Assembly (NCBI GenBank): GCA_965224465.1
Contig: OZ245049.1
Span: forward strand, 2,220,001-2,252,000
DNA length: 32,000 nucleotides
Direction of reading: 5' to 3'
Origin: Flavobacteriaceae bacterium
GTDB lineage: Bacteria; Bacteroidota; Bacteroidia; Flavobacteriales; Flavobacteriaceae
Part shown: positions 17,297 to 25,262 of the stretch, one piece after another
How the letters are laid out: each line of letters begins with the position of its first letter
Numbering within the stretch: the first letter of the stretch is position 1
Translations under genes and position numbers: made by a program
The notes under the pieces: model-generated
Databases searched by the model: none
What the model saw: only the letters and a program-made list of their open reading frames with translations
Told to the model about the DNA's origin: nothing

Positions 17297-17323
17297 AAGT
17301 TGCGTTTGTGACTTGAATTCAGC
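17294..17323. repeat. IS30-family right terminal inverted repeat (overlaps stop codon of the adjacent ketosynthase gene)
   Basis: TAAAAGTTGCGTTTGTGACTTGAATTCAGC. It contains the transposase stop codon at 17294-17296. On the other strand it contains the KS stop codon (17319-17321) and two bases of the final Ser codon (17322-17324). Confidence 0.7.
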
Positions 17324-18467
17324 TTGTTATTTTTTTAAAAACCACAGCGGCATTACTCCCTCCAAATCCAGAGGCGGTTTTTATAAATACATGGAGGTCT
17401 TTTTTTGTGTTACTTTTTATCACGTTCATAGGTTCTGAAACACCTAATTCATCATAGCCCAAAGACTTAATTAATGTATTACTGTGCAAACATTCTATAC
17501 CTATCACTGTTTCTAATAAACCCGACGCTCCTAGGGTATGCCCATAATATCCTTTTAGACTATTCACTGGAACGGTCTCCAATTGTGCTCTTTTAAACGC
17601 AATACTTTCCATCTCATCATTAAAAAGAGTGGCCGTACCATGTGCAGATATATAATCGATATTTTTTGGACTAAGTCCTGCTTCTTTTAGCGCAGATTGG
17701 ATGGCCAAAAACAAGCCTTCGCCTGTTCGTGAAGGTCCAGAAATATGATTCGCATCGTTACAAGAGGCTCCTCCGACTACTTCAACTACCTTAGCGGAAG
17801 TATCTGTATATGTTTTTCGCATAAGCACACTTGCAACAGCTTCTCCTATCGTTATTCCATCTCTGTTTTTTGAGTAGGGCCTACACGGCTGGCTACTAAT
17901 TGCTTGAAAAGACTCAAAACCTGAAATAATAAATTCCGAAACCAAGTCTCCACTTACAATAATCACATCGTCATACATGTCAGATTGCATTAAATGTTTT
18001 GCTATAGAAACAGCTAGAACTCCAGAAACACATGCGTTTGAAATAACAACAGCTTCGTTTTTAAAACCAAAAAAAGCTTGTATCTTATTTCCTAAAACAG
18101 GCAAATAAGCCCTTGTTTTATCATTATAAAACGGAGATTTAGGAGACAAAACATCTACATTACCTTTTGTGGTAGAGATCAGTAATCCTGTTTTATTCGA
18201 AATTTTAAATGATGCTTCTTCAAATAAGGCATCAATAGACAAAATCATAAGTTTTTCGAGAGTAGTATAGGCATTTATATCTCCTATTTTCGAAAACATC
18301 TTGTCGACTAATTTTTTATCTATTAGCGCACTATAAAAAGAATCGTTCCCTTCTCTCTCCTGTTTTTCTATCCCTGATTTATTAGCTAATAAATGGTCGA
18401 AATTTTCTTTATTAGAAAACCCTAATGGCGATATTATTTGATGATTTGTTATGTATATATTCTTCAT
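17319..18467 (-). CDS. Beta-ketoacyl-ACP synthase (active Cys-His-His), C-terminal end and stop lie in the IS30 inverted repeat
   Basis: 382 aa. Motifs are SNACVSGVLA (Cys), SAHGTATLFND (His), YGHTLGASG (His) and ASGFGGSNAAVVF. Confidence 0.85.
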   Translation of the reverse strand: MKNIYITNHQIISPLGFSNKENFDHLLANKSGIEKQEREGNDSFYSALIDKKLVDKMFSKIGDINAYTTLEKLMILSIDALFEEASFKISNKTGLLISTTKGNVDVLSPKSPFYNDKTRAYLPVLGNKIQAFFGFKNEAVVISNACVSGVLAVSIAKHLMQSDMYDDVIIVSGDLVSEFIISGFESFQAISSQPCRPYSKNRDGITIGEAVASVLMRKTYTDTSAKVVEVVGGASCNDANHISGPSRTGEGLFLAIQSALKEAGLSPKNIDYISAHGTATLFNDEMESIAFKRAQLETVPVNSLKGYYGHTLGASGLLETVIGIECLHSNTLIKSLGYDELGVSEPMNVIKSNTKKDLHVFIKTASGFGGSNAAVVFKKITS

Positions 18468-18477
18468 AAATCCCTAT

Positions 18478-18891
18478 TTATAGCAATCCAACCTTTTTTT
18501 TCCAAGCTACAAAAAAAGAAGGGACATTTAACGATAATTGATTCGAATCGTCCACAAATACTTGGACTGTTTTCCCGACACAAACGACAGCTCCATTTGG
18601 ATTAAAAATTTTATAATGAAAAATCATTTTAGCCGCTGGAGAATTCTCAAAAGTTGTTTCTATGGTTGCTACGTCTCCATAGCGCAATGGCAATTTGTGC
18701 TTGCAAGAAGATTCGATAATAGGAGTTACATATCCATGAGACTGAACGTCTAAATATGAAATCCCATGTTTAGCGCCAAAATCTTCTCTACCATCTTCAA
18801 AATAGGTAATATAATTTCCATGCCACACAATCCCTAAAGGATCGGTTTCGTTAAACCTTATACGTATTGTTGTCGTTTCTTTTAATTTCAT
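18478..18891 (-). CDS. 4HBT/YbgC-type acyl-CoA or acyl-ACP thioesterase (hot-dog fold)
   Basis: The start is set at Met15 of the track ORF (ATG at 18889-18891, 1 nt from the upstream gene's stop). MKLKETTTIRIRFNETDPLGIVWHGNYITYFEDGRE is the typical 4HBT N-terminal catalytic Asp region. Confidence 0.75.
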   Translation of the reverse strand: MKLKETTTIRIRFNETDPLGIVWHGNYITYFEDGREDFGAKHGISYLDVQSHGYVTPIIESSCKHKLPLRYGDVATIETTFENSPAAKMIFHYKIFNPNGAVVCVGKTVQVFVDDSNQLSLNVPSFFVAWKKKVGLL

Positions 18892-18892
18892 T

Positions 18893-20170
18893 CTAGTTAT
18901 TGTTGTTAACTTTATCGTAATACACAGAAACACTCATTAGCAGCACAAAAAAACCGCCCAACAAGCTTATTTCAGGGACTATATCGATAAAAGATGCATC
19001 TCTCAAAATTACATCATAAAAACCATTTATCCCCCAGTTCATAGGTGATATTTTTGCGAGAATTTGCAAGTATTCAGGCATGATAAAAACAGGCACCCAA
19101 ACACCTCCTATTGCAGCAAGTATCACAACCAATGTAGCTCCAAAAGGAGCAGACTGTTCCGTAGTTGTGGCAATAGTACCTAATAATATACCCAAACTTA
19201 TAGCAGCCAAGCCTACAAAAAAGGCGACCAAAAACAATAACATATAACTACCATTCACCTCTAAAGAAGGAAGTCCCAAATAAGGAAAAACATAAAAACC
19301 GACCATTAGCATAAGTACAAACTGCAACATACAGACAACCAAATAACTTAATACTTTACTTCCATATATGGTAAAATAAGATGTTGGACTTGTTTTTAAT
19401 CTAATAAAAGTTCCTTGATTTTTTTCCTTTACTATATTTATAGACAACGGAATAATTATAAAAAAGATGGCAAACAATGTCCAAGCAGGCACATTATGCT
19501 GAACGGAATTCGGCATTTTTTCTACGGAAGCGTTGGGCGTAATTTCTACAAACGAAATAACATTTTCTTGCCCAAAAACGTCTCCTTCAATCTCTAATTC
19601 GTCTTGAAAAATTTTATAAATGGATTGTGTTTCTATTTTAGAAACCAATTTATCAATTGCATTTTTAACAGCATTTTTAAATGATAATTGGGCGGCAGGA
19701 TCAAAATACAATTTAATTTCTTGAGATTTTATATTCTTTACATCCTCCTTCGTAGTTTCTTCTGGATCAATTCCAAATTCGTCTAATATTTTAGCTACTT
19801 TATGGTGTATTTTTTTATGAATATTTACGGATAATTCCTTTGGAACTACAATCGCCAATTGATAGGTGCCTTTTAACACTAAACTTACAGCTTCTTCCTC
19901 TGTAACTAAACTATTATCAAGCTCCGTAACAATCTCAAAAACCCCATTACTATCCAAATTTTTAATAATAGAATTGGATACAGCCCCCTGATCATTGTCT
20001 ATAAATAAGATTGGAATTTTTGTGTCGTTTATTTTTTTAAAAGAACTGTCTTGTATTAAAGTTACAGTAACTACTAAAATTAATGGCATTATAAATAACA
20101 CCGCTAGCCCCCCGATATCTCTTCTTAAAAGTAAGAACTCCTTATATGTTGCTATCCAAAGTTTATACAT
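18893..20170 (-). CDS. ABC-2 type transporter permease
   Basis: 425 aa. It has one N-terminal TM helix, a approx 190-aa soluble loop and five C-terminal TM helices. It overlaps the ATPase gene by 8 nt. Confidence 0.75.
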   Translation of the reverse strand: MYKLWIATYKEFLLLRRDIGGLAVLFIMPLILVVTVTLIQDSSFKKINDTKIPILFIDNDQGAVSNSIIKNLDSNGVFEIVTELDNSLVTEEEAVSLVLKGTYQLAIVVPKELSVNIHKKIHHKVAKILDEFGIDPEETTKEDVKNIKSQEIKLYFDPAAQLSFKNAVKNAIDKLVSKIETQSIYKIFQDELEIEGDVFGQENVISFVEITPNASVEKMPNSVQHNVPAWTLFAIFFIIIPLSINIVKEKNQGTFIRLKTSPTSYFTIYGSKVLSYLVVCMLQFVLMLMVGFYVFPYLGLPSLEVNGSYMLLFLVAFFVGLAAISLGILLGTIATTTEQSAPFGATLVVILAAIGGVWVPVFIMPEYLQILAKISPMNWGINGFYDVILRDASFIDIVPEISLLGGFFVLLMSVSVYYDKVNNNN

Positions 20171-20921
20171 TATCTCTCAATTTTTCACCTGTAAGGTGGA
20201 TGTACACATCTTCCAATCTAATTGCATTAGGCACACTTTCTATTAGCGCTTTAGGAGTTCCTTGAGTTAAAATTCTACCGGAATCTATAATGGCAATTTT
20301 AGAACAAAATTCTTGCGCCTCCTCCATGTGGTGAGATGTATAAATAATAGTAGCTCCATTATTATTTAAGCTTTTTAAATAATCCAAAATCACATGTCTA
20401 GACTGAACATCAACACCAACAGTTGGTTCATCTAAAAACAAAATATCTGGAGAATGAAGTGTACCTGCAATTAAATTAATCCTTCTTTTCATTCCTCCAG
20501 AAAACGATTTTATTTTTTTATCTTTAACGCTATAAAGCCCTAGCTCTTCAAGTAAATATGCTACGTTTTTCTTAAGTTCTTTTGAATGTAATCCATACAT
20601 CGCACCAAAATAAATTAGATTTTCTTGAGCGGTTAATGTCGGGTATAAAGCATACTCTTGAGGAACCACTCCTATGTTTTGTAAAATAGCGCTCCTATTG
20701 GCAGCATAGTTTAAAGAATTAATCTCAACAACTCCAGACGTAGGCTTAATAAGTCCACATAATATTGATATTAAGGTAGTTTTCCCAGCACCATTAGGCC
20801 CCAACAAACCAAAAATTTCACCTTTTTTAATCTCTAAACATAAATTATCTAATGCATTTACATCACTATCTTGATAGCGTTTAGAAACTCCCTGAATTTG
20901 AATAACAGTACGTTTTATCAT
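20163..20921 (-). CDS. ABC transporter ATP-binding protein
   Basis: 252 aa. Motifs are Walker A GPNGAGKTT, Q-loop VVPQE, signature FSGGMKRR, Walker B ILFLDEPT and H-loop TSHHMEE. Confidence 0.9.
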   Translation of the reverse strand: MIKRTVIQIQGVSKRYQDSDVNALDNLCLEIKKGEIFGLLGPNGAGKTTLISILCGLIKPTSGVVEINSLNYAANRSAILQNIGVVPQEYALYPTLTAQENLIYFGAMYGLHSKELKKNVAYLLEELGLYSVKDKKIKSFSGGMKRRINLIAGTLHSPDILFLDEPTVGVDVQSRHVILDYLKSLNNNGATIIYTSHHMEEAQEFCSKIAIIDSGRILTQGTPKALIESVPNAIRLEDVYIHLTGEKLRDNV

Positions 20922-21916
20922 TACAAACTCTTTTTTAGATCTTTAAAGAAAACCTCTTCTTTATCAGCTATAATAAGTAATTTTTCTGACAACTTAGAAT
21001 AGCCATCAAAAGTCTTACTTCTATTTTTATATAACCTGGAAGCATCTAAAGCAAAATCTCTCCATAAATCACCTATTACAGTAATCTCTTTAGAAAACTC
21101 CAACAATACAGGTTTTTCTAAGATCTCTGCCGCCTCTTGTAAAAAGGCTCCATAAATAAATCTAAACCCACCACCACCTGTACCAATTTCTTCTTGCATA
21201 CGAACAATCTGACCTAAATAATGATTTGTTTTTTTTGCACCAATTTTACTTGGCCATTTTTTTATTGCCTTCGCAACCATTCTAATTCCTTTAACACCAA
21301 CAAGCGGTACTGGGGCTAACATATCGCTACAAGTAGATTTGATCGCTTTAACAATGGCACTTTTTAGCGGAAGGTTTTCTGGAAAATCGGAAGGGTAATA
21401 CATGTGTCCTCTAGGCGCCAAGGCTCCTTTAGCAAAGCGTACGATTCTCAATTCTTCTTCAGACAACACCGTTGTTGTTTCCATAACGGGGTCACTAATT
21501 AAATAGCTACCTTTTTCTTTACCATAGACCACTAAATTATGGGCATTAAAATGGAATTTGTACTCCTCGGGAAAGTAGGTCAAATTATAAACTCCAACCT
21601 GTAATCCCACGGGGATATTATTTGACAACATTTTATCCAAGGCTTTTTGAGCCGTTTTTTGTGATCTAAACTTTTTTCTATTTATTTTTATTCCTAATCT
21701 CTTACAAAACCTTTTAAAAATCAAACCAGGCATAGGTCTAAAACTAACTGCTGGTGCTAGGTTTACTTTTAAAAAAGGGAGGTATACAAAAAACAATCCA
21801 GAACCAATTCCAAAAGCTAATGGTTCACTTATAGGATAACCATGGTGTTTTAAAAGGTTAGAAATAACTCCATTTTCACAATGAGCCGATTGATGGTGCT
21901 TAAAATCTAATTTCAT
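20921..21916 (-). CDS. BtrH-N-terminal-domain (papain/C39-like fold) protein, putative ACP-dependent acyltransferase
   Basis: 331 aa. The N-terminal FKHHQSAHCENGVISNLLKHHGYPISEPLAFGIGSGLFFVY matches the BtrH_N/DUF4872 pattern as I remember it, with a candidate nucleophile Cys in HCE. There are 1-nt overlaps with both neighbours. Confidence 0.55.
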   Translation of the reverse strand: MKLDFKHHQSAHCENGVISNLLKHHGYPISEPLAFGIGSGLFFVYLPFLKVNLAPAVSFRPMPGLIFKRFCKRLGIKINRKKFRSQKTAQKALDKMLSNNIPVGLQVGVYNLTYFPEEYKFHFNAHNLVVYGKEKGSYLISDPVMETTTVLSEEELRIVRFAKGALAPRGHMYYPSDFPENLPLKSAIVKAIKSTCSDMLAPVPLVGVKGIRMVAKAIKKWPSKIGAKKTNHYLGQIVRMQEEIGTGGGGFRFIYGAFLQEAAEILEKPVLLEFSKEITVIGDLWRDFALDASRLYKNRSKTFDGYSKLSEKLLIIADKEEVFFKDLKKSL

Positions 21917-22317
21917 TAATCTTTAATATCTGTTAATTGAGAAATACTTACTTTAAAAGTTTGCGCATACTTTTCCAGCGTTTTAATTGACAATCTTTTA
22001 AAAACGGAAGGTTTAAAATGGCGCTTTATTTGCCAATTCCACTTGCCCATATAACTTGCAGTAGTACTCAAGTCCATTCTAGAAAGTTCCATATAATACT
22101 GAATAGGACTTATTTCCCCTTTTAAGCATAAAACTTTGAACATGGCAGCTCTTTCTTCTATTAAATCTAAGGATTTATTGAGGGCAATGGTCTTAGGAGT
22201 CCATCCTTTACTAAGTTTGGTTACGTATTTACCTTGATTATTTACCGCATAGCAAAGCTCTTTCATGTTTATACTTGTAAGGTTGCTATCGTCCTGAGGT
22301 ACGTTTTTTGCTTCCAT
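21916..22317 (-). CDS. Small hypothetical protein with XRE-like helix-turn-helix C-terminal half
   Basis: 133 aa. ISPIQYYMELSRMDLSTTASYMGKWNWQIKRHFKP...LSIKTLEKYAQTFKVSISQL follows the Cro/C1-type HTH spacing by eye. It is not verified by any profile search. Confidence 0.4.
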   Translation of the reverse strand: MEAKNVPQDDSNLTSINMKELCYAVNNQGKYVTKLSKGWTPKTIALNKSLDLIEERAAMFKVLCLKGEISPIQYYMELSRMDLSTTASYMGKWNWQIKRHFKPSVFKRLSIKTLEKYAQTFKVSISQLTDIKD

Positions 22318-22318
22318 C

Positions 22319-22771
22319 TTATTTTTTTTGTATAAAAAGTTTCAACTCACAATCCAATATTTTAACCGTATCGCATGTTACCTGCCCCTGCATGGTACAA
22401 ATACAATAATTATCACCATCATACCGAGATATTAAAGTTGCAATAGAAGTAATTGTCTTAAGTACATCTGGCATCTGATAAATGTGAATATATTTTATAC
22501 TGCTTATAAATCCGATTACTTTTGAATCATTTTCTGTATCCTCTGGCTCAAAAAATGTTTGTCCCACATTAATTGAACATGTTTGAGCAATGTTTTCTAT
22601 TAAACCTGCTTCGGACAACATCTTATTTTCAACAAAAATATTCTCTTCCTTAATTAACAAATGCGTTCCTATAATAAGATCATCAACCACAAAATAATCA
22701 TCTACCATAAGCATTGGATTCCTATGGGGAAGAAATTTTCTGACATCAACGTTACTACAACTAGCTCCCAT
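22319..22771 (-). CDS. Hot-dog fold dehydratase-like protein
   Basis: 150 aa. FLPHRNPMLMVDD and AGLIENIAQT motifs are typical of the FabA/FabZ-related dehydratases found in aryl-polyene clusters. Confidence 0.65.
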   Translation of the reverse strand: MGASCSNVDVRKFLPHRNPMLMVDDYFVVDDLIIGTHLLIKEENIFVENKMLSEAGLIENIAQTCSINVGQTFFEPEDTENDSKVIGFISSIKYIHIYQMPDVLKTITSIATLISRYDGDNYCICTMQGQVTCDTVKILDCELKLFIQKK

Positions 22772-22772
22772 A

Positions 22773-23207
22773 TTATGAAGCTAAAACAGTTTTCATTTGC
22801 CCTTTGGCTATTAACTCATCACCACAAGTTACGGAAATTTGAACAAGTGTTATCCCCATAAATTCTTGAACTATTGCAATTTTTGTTTCTATAAATTCTC
22901 CTACTTTAGGCAATCGTGATATTTCAATTTTTTTTATAGATCCTAAATACCCAACAGGCGGCTCTTTTTTCAATAAAAAATACTGATAGCCCGTATGAAG
23001 TGCTACAGATTGTGCCATGTTTTCGATAACTCCAGCCTCTGTAAAACAATTTTCAGCAACTAAAATATTGCCAAGTTCTATATGAAAACCAGAAACAAGT
23101 TGCTCTTCATTATAAGAAATAAGTTCAGAGACCATTACAAATGGAGCCTTCTGCGGAATTAAATCTTGTATATTTTTTAAATTAATTTTCATCATAGACA
23201 TTAACAA
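22773..23207 (-). CDS. Hot-dog fold dehydratase-like protein (paralogue of 22319-22771)
   Basis: 144 aa. It has LIPQKAPFVMVSEL and AGVIENMAQS motifs. The start is uncertain because several Met codons fall in the first 6 residues. It overlaps the darB stop by up to 7 nt. Confidence 0.65.
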   Translation of the reverse strand: MLMSMMKINLKNIQDLIPQKAPFVMVSELISYNEEQLVSGFHIELGNILVAENCFTEAGVIENMAQSVALHTGYQYFLLKKEPPVGYLGSIKKIEISRLPKVGEFIETKIAIVQEFMGITLVQISVTCGDELIAKGQMKTVLAS

Positions 23208-24334
23208 ACGGTTAAAAAAGCATAAGAGTATGAAAATCGTGCACTCTCAGGCACAGATAGCAAAATGGTATCTCCTTTTTTTAATTTACCAGATCCCACC
23301 AATTCTTCTAGCATAATATAAATAGATGCTGAACCAATATTCCCTACACGATCTAAATTAATAAACCATTTATCCCAAGGGATTTCGACTCCTTGGTTTT
23401 TCATTTCCTCATAGAGTCCACTTTTAAAATAATAAGATGAAATATGAGGTAAATAATACGTAATATCCTCTGGGCGAATCTTGTTTTTATCCATAGAAAT
23501 CTTAAGACTTTCTACACCTTTAACCAAAATATTCTTCCCTAACAAACGCGTGTCTTGTTTCATTGCAAAAAGAGATTTTGTTGCCCAAACATCAGAAGAA
23601 AACTCACTCCACGGCATCAAAAAACCATTTTCAAGTTTTTCACTTCCTGCATACATACAAGTTTCTACTTCATGCGCAAATGAATATCCTTCCATCCAAT
23701 CTATCCTCAAAGGTAAATCCCCATTTGGCTTACTCTCTAACAGTACTGCTCCTGCTCCATCAGACAACATCCACCTTAAAAAATTTTTTTCAAATGCAAG
23801 GATCGGCTTTTTGTCTAAACGCTCCAATGTTTTCACCTCAGTTTCAAAAATATCAGATTTCATCCAAGAAGAAGTACGTTCTGAGCCCGTACAAACAGCA
23901 TTTTTAGTTTGACTTGATTTTACAGATAAATACCCAAATTTTAGGGCATTCATCCCAGAGCAACAGGCACCTGAAGGTGAATTAATTTCTGTAATTCCAT
24001 TTTTTAAAAACCCGTGTACCATCGCAGCATGAGAAGGCAATATTTGGTCAGGACTTGATGTACCACAAGAAATTAGTTCTATTTGACTCGATTTAAAATC
24101 GGCATCACATAGCAAGCGTATCGCCTCTGTAGTAAGTTGGGCATTATTATGCGTAACTTCTCCATTCTCATCAATAGCATAATACCGCTGCTTTATCTGA
24201 TTATTTCGAAGAACTATTCTTCTAGCTCTAGAATTCTTTCCATTTATAACACCTAGCCTAGTTTCCATGTCGTTATTACAAACGGGATTATTAGGTAAAA
24301 ATTTTGATAGTTTTGTAATGTACACTTCTTTCAT
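23201..24334 (-). CDS. darB: DarB-type KAS III-like ketosynthase (dialkylresorcinol/cyclohexanedione-forming)
   Basis: 377 aa with a FabH-like Cys-His-Asn triad: SGACCSGMNAL, YLPHISSYYF and RVGNIGSASI. It has a 4-nt overlap with the darA-like gene immediately upstream. Confidence 0.75.
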   Translation of the reverse strand: MKEVYITKLSKFLPNNPVCNNDMETRLGVINGKNSRARRIVLRNNQIKQRYYAIDENGEVTHNNAQLTTEAIRLLCDADFKSSQIELISCGTSSPDQILPSHAAMVHGFLKNGITEINSPSGACCSGMNALKFGYLSVKSSQTKNAVCTGSERTSSWMKSDIFETEVKTLERLDKKPILAFEKNFLRWMLSDGAGAVLLESKPNGDLPLRIDWMEGYSFAHEVETCMYAGSEKLENGFLMPWSEFSSDVWATKSLFAMKQDTRLLGKNILVKGVESLKISMDKNKIRPEDITYYLPHISSYYFKSGLYEEMKNQGVEIPWDKWFINLDRVGNIGSASIYIMLEELVGSGKLKKGDTILLSVPESARFSYSYAFLTVC

Positions 24335-25257
24335 ATCTTACTTTTTACGGACGCATAATATTTTTTATCTTTCTTAATTTTCGACATCGAAAAAGGGTAA
24401 CTAATTAGATATAATACATAAACTATAGGTGAAACAAACCAAATAGCAAACAAGAGATATCCTTTAAATAATTTCACCCAAAAAAGACGTTTTTCACTTT
24501 CTTTAGCCCCTTTTTTTACAATAAAATTAGCCCATTTTGCAAACAACATATTCGCTCGTTTATCTACAAGAACAAGGAATGGGTTTATACAAACCGACTT
24601 GTCTTTTAATAGAGATTCCTGTAGTTTTTGATAATTAGTTGTTCTCAATGCTTTTAATATATGTTTCCCATGTACAGAAGCGTCATCTATATCTTTATCA
24701 GAAACACCAGGTCTTGGGAAAACCTTTAAAAACCTTGTTTTCAAACCTGAAAACATCCAATGTGAAATTGTAATTACACTAACATGGTTTATATGTTTAT
24801 CTATTAAAACAATATTCCCAACTAATAAAGCTTTCTTATTAGCTAGTAATTTTTTTGTCTTTTCTTGTGCCATAACCCACATATTCCTACAGCCAATCAC
24901 TGTTAGTACAGGAGTATCTTTTAGTACATCATCTGAAATTTCGCTTTTCAAAAACGAATTCATCGGAATAGAAGGTGTTAAAAACCATACTTGATAAGCC
25001 AAAATTATAAGGTCATATTTTTTACGTAATTCCTGGAACTCCCTGTTTTTTACTGGTGACGGAATTTGCAAAAAGGACTCTGGAAACTCGTTAAAAAAAG
25101 CTTCTTTTTTCCAAGGAAATAAAAACGGGACTTCCATTTCTATTTGATAAAAAGACAAATTCACGTCTTCAGCCAATTCAAGATCACTTGTTATAGATTT
25201 CGCTATTTCGAGTAATTGCCCAGATTGAGTATAATATATAACCAATACATTTTTCAT
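24331..25257 (-). CDS. darA: DarA-type dialkylresorcinol biosynthesis protein (flavodoxin-like N-terminal domain, C-terminal membrane helices)
   Basis: 308 aa. MKNVLVIYYTQSGQLLEIAKS is a flavodoxin-like beta1-loop. The C-terminal LFWVKLFKGYLLFAIWFVSPIVYVLYLISYPF is hydrophobic. It is paired with a KAS III-like gene, as in described dar loci. Confidence 0.7.
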   Translation of the reverse strand: MKNVLVIYYTQSGQLLEIAKSITSDLELAEDVNLSFYQIEMEVPFLFPWKKEAFFNEFPESFLQIPSPVKNREFQELRKKYDLIILAYQVWFLTPSIPMNSFLKSEISDDVLKDTPVLTVIGCRNMWVMAQEKTKKLLANKKALLVGNIVLIDKHINHVSVITISHWMFSGLKTRFLKVFPRPGVSDKDIDDASVHGKHILKALRTTNYQKLQESLLKDKSVCINPFLVLVDKRANMLFAKWANFIVKKGAKESEKRLFWVKLFKGYLLFAIWFVSPIVYVLYLISYPFSMSKIKKDKKYYASVKSKI

Positions 25258-25262
25258 GCCAA

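Larger units (their letters stand above)
14183..17323 (+). mobile_element. IS30-family insertion sequence (approx 1126 bp originally), inactivated by an internal IS66 insertion
   Basis: Imperfect approx 30-bp terminal inverted repeats (14183-14212 versus the reverse complement of 17294-17323; 25 matches plus 1 gap) bracket a split IS30-type transposase gene. Removing 14797-16811 restores one 957-nt ORF (318 aa + stop). Confidence 0.8.

Noticed and set aside
18892-18933. 14-residue N-terminal extension (MFLCITIKLTTITR) of the thioesterase ORF
   Set aside because: It would overlap the upstream permease gene by 41 nt. The internal ATG at 18889-18891 gives the tight packing seen elsewhere in the array and a typical 4HBT N-terminus.
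23481-23912. Two overlapping plus-strand ORFs (143 aa and 114 aa) inside the darB-like gene
   Set aside because: They lie antisense to a gene with a complete FabH-type Cys-His-Asn triad. They have no motifs, and they overlap each other in different frames.
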